A stretch of 64,000 bases of DNA from an uncultured Candidatus Saccharibacteria bacterium (lineage in GTDB: Bacteria; Patescibacteriota; Saccharimonadia; Saccharimonadales; Saccharimonadaceae): contig CAYODP010000001.1 in the NCBI GenBank assembly GCA_964402815.1, positions 415-64,414 on the forward strand. The letters are read 5' to 3'. The stretch's first letter is position 1. Each line of letters starts with the position of its first letter. This document shows positions 18,421-27,889 of the stretch, one piece after another. A program made the position numbers and the translations under genes. The notes under the pieces were generated by a model. That model had not been told where the DNA came from, searched no databases, and was given only the letters and a program-made list of their open reading frames with translations.

Positions 18421-19494
18421 TTAATACCAGTGGCCAGATTTAGACGTGCCCCGACAAACGCCGGTACACCACCAGAAGTCAAGCGCTTGTTGCCAGCCAC
18501 CATAGCGGTTGGTGACATACTCGGACATCCAACGAATTTGGGTAACAGGGTTCGTCTCCCAGTCGGCGCCAAACTTGGCCATCTTGTTGCCTGGCAGAGA
18601 TTGCGGAATGCCGTAAGCACCGGAGCTAGCATTCTTCGCATCAACACGGCAACCCGATTCGCGGTAGATAAGGTCTATCGCAACTTCGAGGTCGGACTCA
18701 GCGACGCCAGCTTCACGCGCCCAAGCAGCACATTGTGCACGTTCAGGCGAGATAGACGGGCGAGCACCTTCGACGACAATCTCTGGCACGGCTTCGACGA
18801 CAACTTGCTCATCGACCAAGGTGCGAGAAATCTCGACATTATTATCAAACTCAACTTCGTAAGTGCTAATCTTGCGGCCCTCCTCACCCGGCTGTTCGAG
18901 TACACGCTCGCCCTTGGCACGGGCGAAATCGTAACGCACCTGGACTTCGTAAGGCAAAGCTTCTTCTACGGTCAAGCGACGACCACCACTACGCGTAATG
19001 CGATAAGTAGAAACGGCGCCAGCTTCGAGGAAGTTGTTATTAAATTCCATGGCGATTTCGTCATCATCGTAGATAGTGAGGCCAGCCTCGGTAGCGATTT
19101 GCTTAGGGTCGTAGCTCGCGGTCATGACATAAAGGCGCTGGATGCCGTCGATAACTAGAGCAGGGTGCGAGCGGTAAATATTAATACTATAATCACCTTG
19201 AATCACAGCATCAAGGCTCGGCTCGACGAGGTCAGTCTCGGCTAGCTGAATCTCGGACTTCTCAAGGACTTCGGCCACGGTAGCGGCGCCAGTTTTCACA
19301 ATCAAGGCGGCACCGTCGTCGTGAATGGTGACGAAATATTCGCCCTGCGCAGTATCACGCATGATTAAATCATCATTATCATCAGCGTAAACACTAGAGT
19401 GCTGAGAGAACAGCGCAAACGGGAGAAAGGCGCTCAAAAACAACGCGAGCACAGCACAAAAGAAGTTTCTCAGTTGGAAATGCAATTTCATCAT
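18421..19494 (-). CDS. YabE/RpfB-like cell-wall hydrolase: DUF348 repeats, G5 domain and lytic-transglycosylase-like domain
   Basis: TVAEVL, GEEGRK...EVE G5 pattern, RESGC...NASSGAYGIPQSLPG.KMA; AAGGAG RBS supports a start at 19494 rather than 19608. Confidence 0.85.
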   Translation of the reverse strand: MMKLHFQLRNFFCAVLALFLSAFLPFALFSQHSSVYADDNDDLIMRDTAQGEYFVTIHDDGAALIVKTGAATVAEVLEKSEIQLAETDLVEPSLDAVIQGDYSINIYRSHPALVIDGIQRLYVMTASYDPKQIATEAGLTIYDDDEIAMEFNNNFLEAGAVSTYRITRSGGRRLTVEEALPYEVQVRYDFARAKGERVLEQPGEEGRKISTYEVEFDNNVEISRTLVDEQVVVEAVPEIVVEGARPSISPERAQCAAWAREAGVAESDLEVAIDLIYRESGCRVDAKNASSGAYGIPQSLPGNKMAKFGADWETNPVTQIRWMSEYVTNRYGGWQQALDFWWCTGVCRGTSKSGHWY

Positions 19495-19734
19495 TTCTCC
19501 TTTATTATAGCATACCTCTGGCGAGATATACAGGTTTAGGCTAATATTCATAAAATAGGCCGCGACACAGCAAAAGATAGAGATAGGATTATTTATCAAA
19601 AATCGCAAGGCCTAAGGGCTTGAAACATCCCCATTCTCTATTATAGCATACCTTTGCGATTTTGTCCATACTTTTTATGTATATTTTGCGTTTTTAGCAA
19701 GAAAATGACACAAAAATGTAATTTTAGGGTAAAA

Positions 19735-22029
19735 TCAGCCTTCCCAAACTGGTAAATCTTCCGGGAAAGGGTCAAAATCGGCGGAAAAATCGCTAAAATC
19801 CGAGGAGGAATTACCGCCAAACTCGCCATCAGGGTCACCGCCGAGGATGCCAAAGTCTTCACTGTCACTATGAAACTGGCCAGATTCGCCGAAATTGCCC
19901 GAGCCGTAAGGTTCGTAACCTAACTCAAGCAAGAAGCGTGAGGGCGAGTTGTAGTTCCGCCCGCCAAAACTGTAGCGGGAGCCGGCGAAGGTGATGAACA
20001 GTTGCTGCATGGCGCGGGTCATACCGACGTAAGCTAGGCGGCGCTCTTCTTCGAGCTCATCCACGGAGTTATCGGAGCGACTGCTGGGGAAAAGCCCCTC
20101 TTCAAGCCCAACCATGAAGACGACTGGAAACTCGAGACCTTTAGCGGCGTGGAGAGTCATGAGAGAAACAGCATTGTCGCCAGCGGACTCTGGCGTTCCC
20201 CCGGCACTAGAAGCCAGCTGCTGTTGCTCTCTGGTCATTGGCATCGCATCGGCAGAGCTAAGCAAAGCAGCGTCCTCGAGAAACTCGGCAAGGGTGTCGT
20301 AAACACTGGCGTTACTGGCCAAGACTTCAAGGTTTTGCATGCGCTCTTCGCCTTCGGGAGTATCGGTGCGCAGAAGTGAGCCGAAGTTGAAACGCTCAAC
20401 AATTAACTCGATAATCTCGGCAGCGGTGATGGTGGTATTACTGCGCATTTCCCGGAGAAATTGCTCAACGCGGCGCACGCCAAGATTAGCCTTGGCGGTA
20501 AGTTTGAGGTCGCCGAGGTTAGATAGGTCGGAGCCAGGATGGTCGCTCAGATAGGTGAAAATCTTCTCAACCGAGGCGGAGCCAACGCCAGTTAAGATAT
20601 TCTTAGTGACGCGTTCAAAACTGACGCGGTCGAGCGGATTAACGATGAGCTTGAGCAGCGCCAAAACATCCTTGACCTCTTTGCGGTCATAGAAACGCAC
20701 GCCACCGATAATCTTATAAGGGATGCGCATGGCGATAAAAGCTTTTTCGAAAGCAGAAGATTGAGCGTTGGTGCGATAAAGCACGGCGAAGTTGCTAAAA
20801 CTGCCAAATTTAGGCTCGAGGCTAAAAATCTGACGAGCAACGTAATTGGCTTCGGCCGTCTCATCAACGAGACCTTCAATCGTGACCGGCTCGCCGTCGC
20901 CTAGCTCGGTGAAAAGGGTTTTCTCGGTGCGAGTTTTGTTCTGGTTGATGATTTTTTGCGAAGCGGCCAAAATATTGCCCGTACTGCGGTAATTCTGCTC
21001 AAGTTTGATGACTTTAGCACCCTTAAAGTCGCGCTCAAAATGCAAAATATTAGTAAAATCCGCACCGCGCCACGAATAGATTGACTGCCAGTCATCACCA
21101 ACCACGCAAATGTTGCGCTGCTCGTTAACTAGACTCTTAATCAAGCGGTACTGGACGGCATTGGTGTCCTGATACTCATCAATTAAGATGTACTTAAAGC
21201 GTTGCTGCCATTTTTGGCGAACTTCGGCATTCTTCTCAAACATTTCGGCAGTTTTGCTGAGCAAATCGTCAAAATCGAGGGCGTCGGCGGCACGTTTCTC
21301 GCGCTCGTAATGCTCAAAAATCTCCGCTACCCGCTTTTGATTAGGGTAATAAGCCTCACGAGCGACATCGGCGGGAGTTTTACCGAGGTTCTGGTAATGG
21401 CTGATTAGGCCTTGAGCATGCTTAGGGGTGAGAGATTTATCGTTAGTATATTTAAGCTCACGCATAATGCGGCGAATCAGGGTGAGCTGGTCCTCGCTAT
21501 CGTAGATTGTAAAATTAGCGCCAACTCCGGCCGCCGCGTGTTCAATATGCAAAATCCGCACGCAAATCCCATGAAAAGTACCCATGTACTTCATAAAATT
21601 GCGGCTAGGCGCATCGACAGAAGGGGTTTTGGGATTGAGAAGGGCGATTTTGAGCTCGGGACGGTCGCTATTTTGCGCTGTGGAGCGGTTTTTAGGCGTT
21701 TCTAGCGACTTTTTAGCATAAGAGCCATCAGTATCAGATACAGACCGAGAAAGGCCTTCTGAGGCCTCTAAATCGGCTCTAGCAGCGGTGATACGCTGTT
21801 TTTCTAGCAAATTCCAGAGACGAACGCGCATTTCTTTGGCGGCCTTGTTAGTAAAGGTGACAGCAAGGATTTGGTCGGGTCGAGTGCCGTGGGCGATGAT
21901 ATTGGCGATGCGGTGGGTGAGAACCTTGGTTTTACCAGAACCAGCGCCCGCTAACACTAGAACCGGCCCTTCTAGCGTCTCGACCGCCTCCCGCTGAGGA
22001 GGGTTTAAGCCTCGCAAAATCGCATCCAT
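19735..22029 (-). CDS. pcrA: PcrA/UvrD SF1A DNA helicase
   Basis: LNPPQREAV, AGAGSGKT, TFTNKAA, IDEYQDTN, VGDDWQSIYSWRGA, LEQNYRS, TLHAAKGLEF, EERRLAYVGMTRA. Start moved to the ATG at 22029, which lies 6 nt after a TATAAT. Confidence 0.93.
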   Translation of the reverse strand: MDAILRGLNPPQREAVETLEGPVLVLAGAGSGKTKVLTHRIANIIAHGTRPDQILAVTFTNKAAKEMRVRLWNLLEKQRITAARADLEASEGLSRSVSDTDGSYAKKSLETPKNRSTAQNSDRPELKIALLNPKTPSVDAPSRNFMKYMGTFHGICVRILHIEHAAAGVGANFTIYDSEDQLTLIRRIMRELKYTNDKSLTPKHAQGLISHYQNLGKTPADVAREAYYPNQKRVAEIFEHYEREKRAADALDFDDLLSKTAEMFEKNAEVRQKWQQRFKYILIDEYQDTNAVQYRLIKSLVNEQRNICVVGDDWQSIYSWRGADFTNILHFERDFKGAKVIKLEQNYRSTGNILAASQKIINQNKTRTEKTLFTELGDGEPVTIEGLVDETAEANYVARQIFSLEPKFGSFSNFAVLYRTNAQSSAFEKAFIAMRIPYKIIGGVRFYDRKEVKDVLALLKLIVNPLDRVSFERVTKNILTGVGSASVEKIFTYLSDHPGSDLSNLGDLKLTAKANLGVRRVEQFLREMRSNTTITAAEIIELIVERFNFGSLLRTDTPEGEERMQNLEVLASNASVYDTLAEFLEDAALLSSADAMPMTREQQQLASSAGGTPESAGDNAVSLMTLHAAKGLEFPVVFMVGLEEGLFPSSRSDNSVDELEEERRLAYVGMTRAMQQLFITFAGSRYSFGGRNYNSPSRFLLELGYEPYGSGNFGESGQFHSDSEDFGILGGDPDGEFGGNSSSDFSDFSADFDPFPEDLPVWEG

Positions 22030-22048
22030 TTCCTGATTATAGCACAGA

Positions 22049-23332
22049 TTAACGCCGCGAAAGAGATTTTGCGGGAGGAGTAGTGGCAGGTCGGCGCCGA
22101 GTATGGCCGTTGACGCCATATTTACGGCGCAAAAAGATAAGATAATAAGATACGCCAAGCTGCACTACTAAAATAGCAGCGGAGACGCCGAGCGTAACGG
22201 CTAGGCCATAGTCGTAAAGCCGACCACAGATGAACATTCCAACCGCTTCCCCAGAATAAGAAACGATGTTGCGAAAAGTATTATATTTGAGCTGGTGCTT
22301 GTTGTCGATGGCGTTAATATAATAACCATCACTAACGTTTTCGTAAGCAGTAGCACTAAGGAGCATCCAAATAAAGGCAAGAAAACAGATGAACGGATTA
22401 TTGGTAATGGCGGCGATAGTCAAGGCGACGACACGAATACCGAATTTTAGAGTGATAGTGACGTAATCATTGCGCGGAGTGAAGAAGCGGAGCGCTAAAA
22501 TACCAATCAAATCAGCCACCAAGCCGACAATCAGGAGTGTATCGGTAGCCATGCTCGGGGTGAAATCGAAAATATTAGTAAAAACCAGCATTTTCAGCCC
22601 CATGGCCGCCATGTAAGACACGGAGGAGAGGAAGTTATAGATGGTATAAACTCGCTGAACGCGGTTGTGTAAGACGAGTTTGACGGCAGAAAATTGCCGC
22701 TTCGGTGAACGTTCAGTCAGCTCCACCTCAAGCTTATACATGATAATAATAGCAATAACCAAGAAAACGGCGGCAACCAGCAAACAGCCGTTATAGTCGA
22801 AGAACCAGCTGCCGAGCTGGTGGCCAATCAAAATACCGCCAACCAACACGCCGACATCGCGGAAAAGGTATTCCGTGAGTTTGCGGCGGCTGTAAGCGCG
22901 GTTACTCTTCATGACGGTAGTGAGGAGCGGGTAGAGGCTGCTGATGACGATGTAGCTCGAGGCAACGTCGAGACCAATACAAATATCAATGAGAGTGCGG
23001 TCGCCAGAGGCGTTGAGGCAGAAGAGTGCCAACAGATTGAGAAACTTAGCCATTAAAGTAACCGTGACGAGGGTCTTAATTTGCGACATTTTGACGCTGC
23101 GGCCGACAACCAGGATGGCACCGACACCAACGAACATACCGATACTTAAGATATTGCTAATCTCGGGGGCGAGAAAATCGTTAGATTCGAGCCAAAGCTG
23201 GCGGAAGTTCTCCCAAAGCCCAGTGGAGATGCTGAAAAAGGCAATCATCGCCAGGATGCGTTGCTCAAGACGGCGCCATTTAGGGGCGGGGTTGGCGCGA
23301 CGTTCGGCCCACTTTTCTGCCAGGTAACTCAT
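22049..23332 (-). CDS. MFS-like multi-pass membrane transporter
   Basis: About 12 hydrophobic helices in two halves; likely start MSYLAEK at 23332. Confidence 0.75.
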   Translation of the reverse strand: MSYLAEKWAERRANPAPKWRRLEQRILAMIAFFSISTGLWENFRQLWLESNDFLAPEISNILSIGMFVGVGAILVVGRSVKMSQIKTLVTVTLMAKFLNLLALFCLNASGDRTLIDICIGLDVASSYIVISSLYPLLTTVMKSNRAYSRRKLTEYLFRDVGVLVGGILIGHQLGSWFFDYNGCLLVAAVFLVIAIIIMYKLEVELTERSPKRQFSAVKLVLHNRVQRVYTIYNFLSSVSYMAAMGLKMLVFTNIFDFTPSMATDTLLIVGLVADLIGILALRFFTPRNDYVTITLKFGIRVVALTIAAITNNPFICFLAFIWMLLSATAYENVSDGYYINAIDNKHQLKYNTFRNIVSYSGEAVGMFICGRLYDYGLAVTLGVSAAILVVQLGVSYYLIFLRRKYGVNGHTRRRPATTPPAKSLSRR

Positions 23333-23535
23333 TCTGACATCTATTTTAGCATAGACGTAATAACTTGGCAAAGAATTACAATTTTAGTAGAATTTTAGCT
23401 AAAAAGGCACACAGAAGCCGTCCTGATACGGGTATATCAGGCTCTTATCTTTACATAATAGCACAGATTATTAATTTTGTCAATAGGAAAATGCGTTCGG
23501 CCGATTTCGTAAATACGCTTTTCCGTTCCTACGGT

Positions 23536-25416
23536 CTATTCTAGAACCGCCTTAATCCGGCGTACGCCAGCGCTCGAGGATTCCTCTTTGGTAATCTTAA
23601 AATGGCCAAGCTCGCCGGTATGCGAGACGTGAGGACCGCCACAAATTTCGATAGAAATCGGATCTTCACCAGCAGCGCCAATCGTATAGACGGTGACGCG
23701 GTCGGGGTAGCGGTCGCGGAAGGAACCTTGGGCATGCAAAGTGTCGAAGGCGTAATCTTTGTCGTATTCGGCATGTTGGACAGGGAGGTCTTGCTCAATC
23801 CAAATATTAACCTGGTTCTCGATAGTTTTAAGCTCATCAGGGGTGAGCTTATGGTCGACATTAAAATCAAAACGCAAGCGCTCGGGGGTGAGGTTGCTAC
23901 CCTTCTGGCTGATGGACGGGTCGACGATTTGTTGGAGGGCTCTCAGCAAGAGGTGGCAAGCGGTATGATATTTGACGGTCTGGTCGCTAGTATCGGAAAG
24001 ACCGCCCTTAAACATGCCTTTGCTAGCGGTTTTGCTGCGCTCGCGCTGCTCGTTCAAGGCTTGCTCAAACTCCGCTTGATAATCTTTGGAAAGCTGAATG
24101 CCGAGTTTATAGGCTTCTTCAACGCTCAATTCCAGCGGGAAGCCGTAAGTATCTTGGAGTTTGAAAAGCTCAGCCCCAGTAAGAAGCTGGTCGTTGCCGA
24201 GCTTCTGAAGCTCTTTGACGCCCTTGCTGATAGTCTTACGGAAAGCATTTTCCTCTTTGGTAAGGACGGCGAGGACATTCTGGCGATTGGGGAGAATGTC
24301 ATCGGAAAGCTCGGCGTAGTTCTCGGCGATAATTGGGATGATTTGGGCGAGAAAATCTTGGCCGATGCCGAGGTCGAGAGCTTTGAGCACGGCACGGCGT
24401 ACCAGACGGCGCAAAGCATAGCCCTGAGCTTTGTTACTAGGTACGAGACCCTGTGCAGCCAAGAGATAAGCACCACGTAAATGGTCGGCAATAATGCGCA
24501 TTTCGTCGGTGTTGGTATCGTAGCTTTTGTGGGAAATTTCTTCGAGTTTCTCGATAATCGGCGCCATGAGGGAGATTTTGAAGACGTCAAAACTGCCCAT
24601 TGCAGCAGCAGCCAAACGCTCTAGGCCGCCGCCGAAGTCAACATTCTTATGTTCGAGTTCTTCAAAGCTGCCGTCTTCCTTGCGACGGTACTGCATGAAG
24701 ACTTGGTTACCAATTTCCATGAAACGAGCGCCGTCGCTAGCGGGATGAGACTGACCGTATTTCTCGATATCTTGCTTGTCTTCGCCAAAATCATAGAAGA
24801 CTTCGGAGTCGGGCCCACAAGGGTCGCCGAGCGGAGTAGTCTCAATACCGCCACCGCGGCTCCACCAGTTCTCCTTGTCATCGTAGAAGAAAATGCGTTC
24901 GCCAGGCTTAATACCACGCTTATCGCCGTTGGTAGCAGAGCCGATTTCGGCAATTTTGGCGTCGATGCCGGCCGTTTTGAAGACTTTTTGCCAAATTTCA
25001 GCGGCTTCGGTATCTTTGGGAATGCCGTATTTTTCATTACCAATAAAACAAGTTACGTAAATCCGCTCGGGGTCGAGGCCAATTTCTTTGGTCAAGAACT
25101 CAAAATAGTTGGTGATTTGTTCCTCTTTGAAATAATCGCCCAATGACCAGTTGCCGAGCATCTCGAAAACTGTAGTATGGCGTGGGTCGCCGACATCTTC
25201 GATGTCTTGCAAACGTAAAGACGGTTGAGAATCGGTCAGGCGAGTGCCTTCGGGGTGCGGCTGACCTAAGAGATACGGCAAAAGCGGCTGCATGCCCGAC
25301 CCGGTGAATAACGTAGTCGGGTCGTTCTCGAGCACAAGCGGAGCGGGCGGAATAACTTTGTGCCCATGCTTAACTTGAAAATCTAGGTATTTTTGGCGAA
25401 TTTCGTTTGCATTCAT
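23536..25416 (-). CDS. alaS: Alanyl-tRNA synthetase (aminoacylation and editing domains, no C-Ala domain)
   Basis: TLFTGSGMQP, HTTVFEMLGNWSLGDYFK, VDFGGGLERL, IIADHLR, HTACHLL, EICGGPHV; ends RRIKAVLE. Confidence 0.95.
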   Translation of the reverse strand: MNANEIRQKYLDFQVKHGHKVIPPAPLVLENDPTTLFTGSGMQPLLPYLLGQPHPEGTRLTDSQPSLRLQDIEDVGDPRHTTVFEMLGNWSLGDYFKEEQITNYFEFLTKEIGLDPERIYVTCFIGNEKYGIPKDTEAAEIWQKVFKTAGIDAKIAEIGSATNGDKRGIKPGERIFFYDDKENWWSRGGGIETTPLGDPCGPDSEVFYDFGEDKQDIEKYGQSHPASDGARFMEIGNQVFMQYRRKEDGSFEELEHKNVDFGGGLERLAAAAMGSFDVFKISLMAPIIEKLEEISHKSYDTNTDEMRIIADHLRGAYLLAAQGLVPSNKAQGYALRRLVRRAVLKALDLGIGQDFLAQIIPIIAENYAELSDDILPNRQNVLAVLTKEENAFRKTISKGVKELQKLGNDQLLTGAELFKLQDTYGFPLELSVEEAYKLGIQLSKDYQAEFEQALNEQRERSKTASKGMFKGGLSDTSDQTVKYHTACHLLLRALQQIVDPSISQKGSNLTPERLRFDFNVDHKLTPDELKTIENQVNIWIEQDLPVQHAEYDKDYAFDTLHAQGSFRDRYPDRVTVYTIGAAGEDPISIEICGGPHVSHTGELGHFKITKEESSSAGVRRIKAVLE

Positions 25417-25469
25417 AGAATATATTATAGCATTGATGACGCTTCTCTGGAAGAGAGAACTGCGGAGTA

Positions 25470-26567
25470 CTATTCAGCGATGATTCCGCCACCGAGGCAG
25501 GTTTCGCCATCATAGAACACGGCAGATTGGCCGGCCGCCGGGCGTTTAATTGGCTCAGTAAAAGTGAGCTTATCTTCCTGGAAACTAGCGGCGAGCAAAG
25601 GCGCACGGTGGCGCAGACGCACCCGAAACTGAGGAAGCCGAGCAAGGTCTGCGGTAGTAATGTTATTGCGCAGATGTAAATCTTCGAGCTTTAATTCCCT
25701 AGCCCAGAGATGAGGATGGTTGAGATTTTTGGAGACATAAACGATATTCTCGGCAAGGTCTTTCTGGACGACGTAATACGGTAAACCGCCACCGAGATAC
25801 AAACCGTGGCGTTGGCCGATAGTATAGAAAATAGCGCCGTCATGATAGCCTAAAACCCGGTTAGTTTCCTGTTCGCGAATCTCGCCGGGCTGAGCGTCGA
25901 GATATTCGCGCAAAAAATCTTTCATGCCCACTTCACCCACGAAACAGACGCCCATGGATTCCTTCTTGTGGGCGACATCTAGATTATAACGCTCGGCCAA
26001 CTGTTTCACTTCTGGCTTACAAAGTTCACCGACTGGAAAAAGAGTTTTGGCGGTGGCGGCATCGCTCATGCGATAGAGAAAGTAGGTTTGGTCTTTATTC
26101 TCGTCAACAGCGCGCAAGAGAGCTGGACTGGCGTTATCTTGGCGGGATTTACCGATTCTGGCGTAATGTCCGGTGGCGATAAAATCAGCCCCTTGCGACA
26201 TGGCGCGGTCGTAGAAAAGCTTAAACTTGACTAATTCATTACAGATAATGTCGGGGTTGGGCGTGCGACCTTTTTGAAATTCGGCGAGCATATAGTCGAC
26301 AACTTTTTGCTTATAATCGGCCTCAAAATCCCAAACTTCAAAATCTAAATCAAGCTGCACAGCCACCCGCTTAGCATCGGCAAGGTCTTCTGCCCAAGGA
26401 CATTTCATACCGGGGAGGTCTTTAGACCAGTTTTTCATATAAACACCGGCGACTTGGTAGCCTTGGTCTTTGAGCAAAGCAGCCGAGACTGAAGAATCCA
26501 CTCCGCCCGACATACCTAGAAAAACGCGCGGCGAGTAAGATTTGGTTGACTGAAGTGGAGTATTCAT
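25470..26567 (-). CDS. mnmA: tRNA 2-thiouridylase
   Basis: GMSGGVDSS, TPNPDIICN, ATGHYAR, KDQTYFL, KKESMGVCFVG, YTIGQR.GL, AGQSAVFY. Confidence 0.96.
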   Translation of the reverse strand: MNTPLQSTKSYSPRVFLGMSGGVDSSVSAALLKDQGYQVAGVYMKNWSKDLPGMKCPWAEDLADAKRVAVQLDLDFEVWDFEADYKQKVVDYMLAEFQKGRTPNPDIICNELVKFKLFYDRAMSQGADFIATGHYARIGKSRQDNASPALLRAVDENKDQTYFLYRMSDAATAKTLFPVGELCKPEVKQLAERYNLDVAHKKESMGVCFVGEVGMKDFLREYLDAQPGEIREQETNRVLGYHDGAIFYTIGQRHGLYLGGGLPYYVVQKDLAENIVYVSKNLNHPHLWARELKLEDLHLRNNITTADLARLPQFRVRLRHRAPLLAASFQEDKLTFTEPIKRPAAGQSAVFYDGETCLGGGIIAE

Positions 26568-26573
26568 GGAATT

Positions 26574-27863
26574 TTACTGATTAAAAATACGTTGATATTC
26601 ACGTTCGACTTCAGCGCGAATGAGGTGGGCAGCGGCAGTAATTTGTTCGAGGTCATTAGTGGAGCCGAGGGAGATGCGAATGGAACCGGCAATCTCGGCA
26701 TCAGAAAGGCCGATGGCCGCCAAGACGTGAGACTTAGAACCTTTGTTGGCAGCACAGGCGGCACCAGTCGAGACGAAAACGCCATTCGCTTCGAGACGAT
26801 AGATTAACCGCTCGGCATCAATACCTGGAAAACTAACTGGGCAAAAACTGGCTAATTGATGCTTGGGGTGACTGAGAAAAACTGGGGCGGGGTAGGGATT
26901 TTGGGGTGAGTTATCACGTTTATGCTTGACATTTCCGCTATCTTGTGCTACAATGGAAGTATGAATCGCTGGATTCTGGTCTAGCGAAGGGGTTTTTGTT
27001 GGGGTTTGAGCAGTTGGATTGGGGTTTTGGCCAATTTTGGCGAGTTCTTGACGTAGGATTTTGACCATAGCTTGATATTTTTTACGATTACTGCTGAGAT
27101 GCGACTTGGCTTCACTAGCGGCGGTAGCAAAACCGATGAGTCCAGGGACATTTTCGGTACCGCTGCGCAAGCCCCGCTCTTGACCACCGCCGACGCTGAT
27201 GGGAGTAAGCTTGATGCCGTGGCCGACGTAGAGCGCGCCGACGCCTTTTGGCCCGCCACATTTAGCAGCGTTAATGGTTAATAAATCGACACCCAGCCGA
27301 GCAACGTTAATATCGAGTAAGTTCAAGGCTTGCGAGGCATCCGAATGAAGATAGAGCGGAGTGGTATTTCCCTGCTGCAGGCGGCGCTGACGCTCGGCAC
27401 GCACAATTTCGGCAATTTCGGCAAGCGGCTGAATCGTGCCAAGTTCGTTATTGGCCAGAGCGACCGAAATTAGCTCGACATCGGGGTGGAGCTTTTGTTG
27501 TAAGTCGTCGAGGTCGATTAAGCCATATTGGTTGACTTTAATAAGTTCGGACTGATGCAGCTTAGCGGCGGCTAAGACGGCGGCATGCTCAGTAGCGGGG
27601 ACGAGAACACGGCCACGGCTGGAACAAGCAGTAAAGGCTAGGTTAATAGACTCGGTGGCACCGGCAGTGATAACCAAATCAACACCTTTGACGCCAATGA
27701 CGTGAGCGAGCTGGTCTTTGGCAGCTTCATAGGCCTCGCGAACACGCTTAGCGGGAAGATAAGGGGCGGACGGATTAAAAAACTGCTCAGAAAAATAAGG
27801 CAGCATGGCTTGGAGTGCCTTAGGATGCACGGAGGTAGCAGCAGCGTGGTCAAGATATATCAT
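26574..27863 (-). CDS. iscS: Cysteine desulfurase (IscS/NifS type)
   Basis: IYLDHAAAT, GATESIN, NNELGTIQP, HSDASQA, AAKCGGPKGVGAL, RSGTEN, STGAAC; adjacent to mnmA. Confidence 0.9.
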   Translation of the reverse strand: MIYLDHAAATSVHPKALQAMLPYFSEQFFNPSAPYLPAKRVREAYEAAKDQLAHVIGVKGVDLVITAGATESINLAFTACSSRGRVLVPATEHAAVLAAAKLHQSELIKVNQYGLIDLDDLQQKLHPDVELISVALANNELGTIQPLAEIAEIVRAERQRRLQQGNTTPLYLHSDASQALNLLDINVARLGVDLLTINAAKCGGPKGVGALYVGHGIKLTPISVGGGQERGLRSGTENVPGLIGFATAASEAKSHLSSNRKKYQAMVKILRQELAKIGQNPNPTAQTPTKTPSLDQNPAIHTSIVAQDSGNVKHKRDNSPQNPYPAPVFLSHPKHQLASFCPVSFPGIDAERLIYRLEANGVFVSTGAACAANKGSKSHVLAAIGLSDAEIAGSIRISLGSTNDLEQITAAAHLIRAEVEREYQRIFNQ

Positions 27864-27889
27864 ATTCGATATTATAGCATAAAACGCCG

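Noticed and set aside
23536-25416. Short AlaRS, MetRS and UvrC as pseudogenes
   Set aside because: Catalytic motifs are intact and the genes end cleanly; loss of accessory C-terminal domains is usual in reduced CPR-type genomes.
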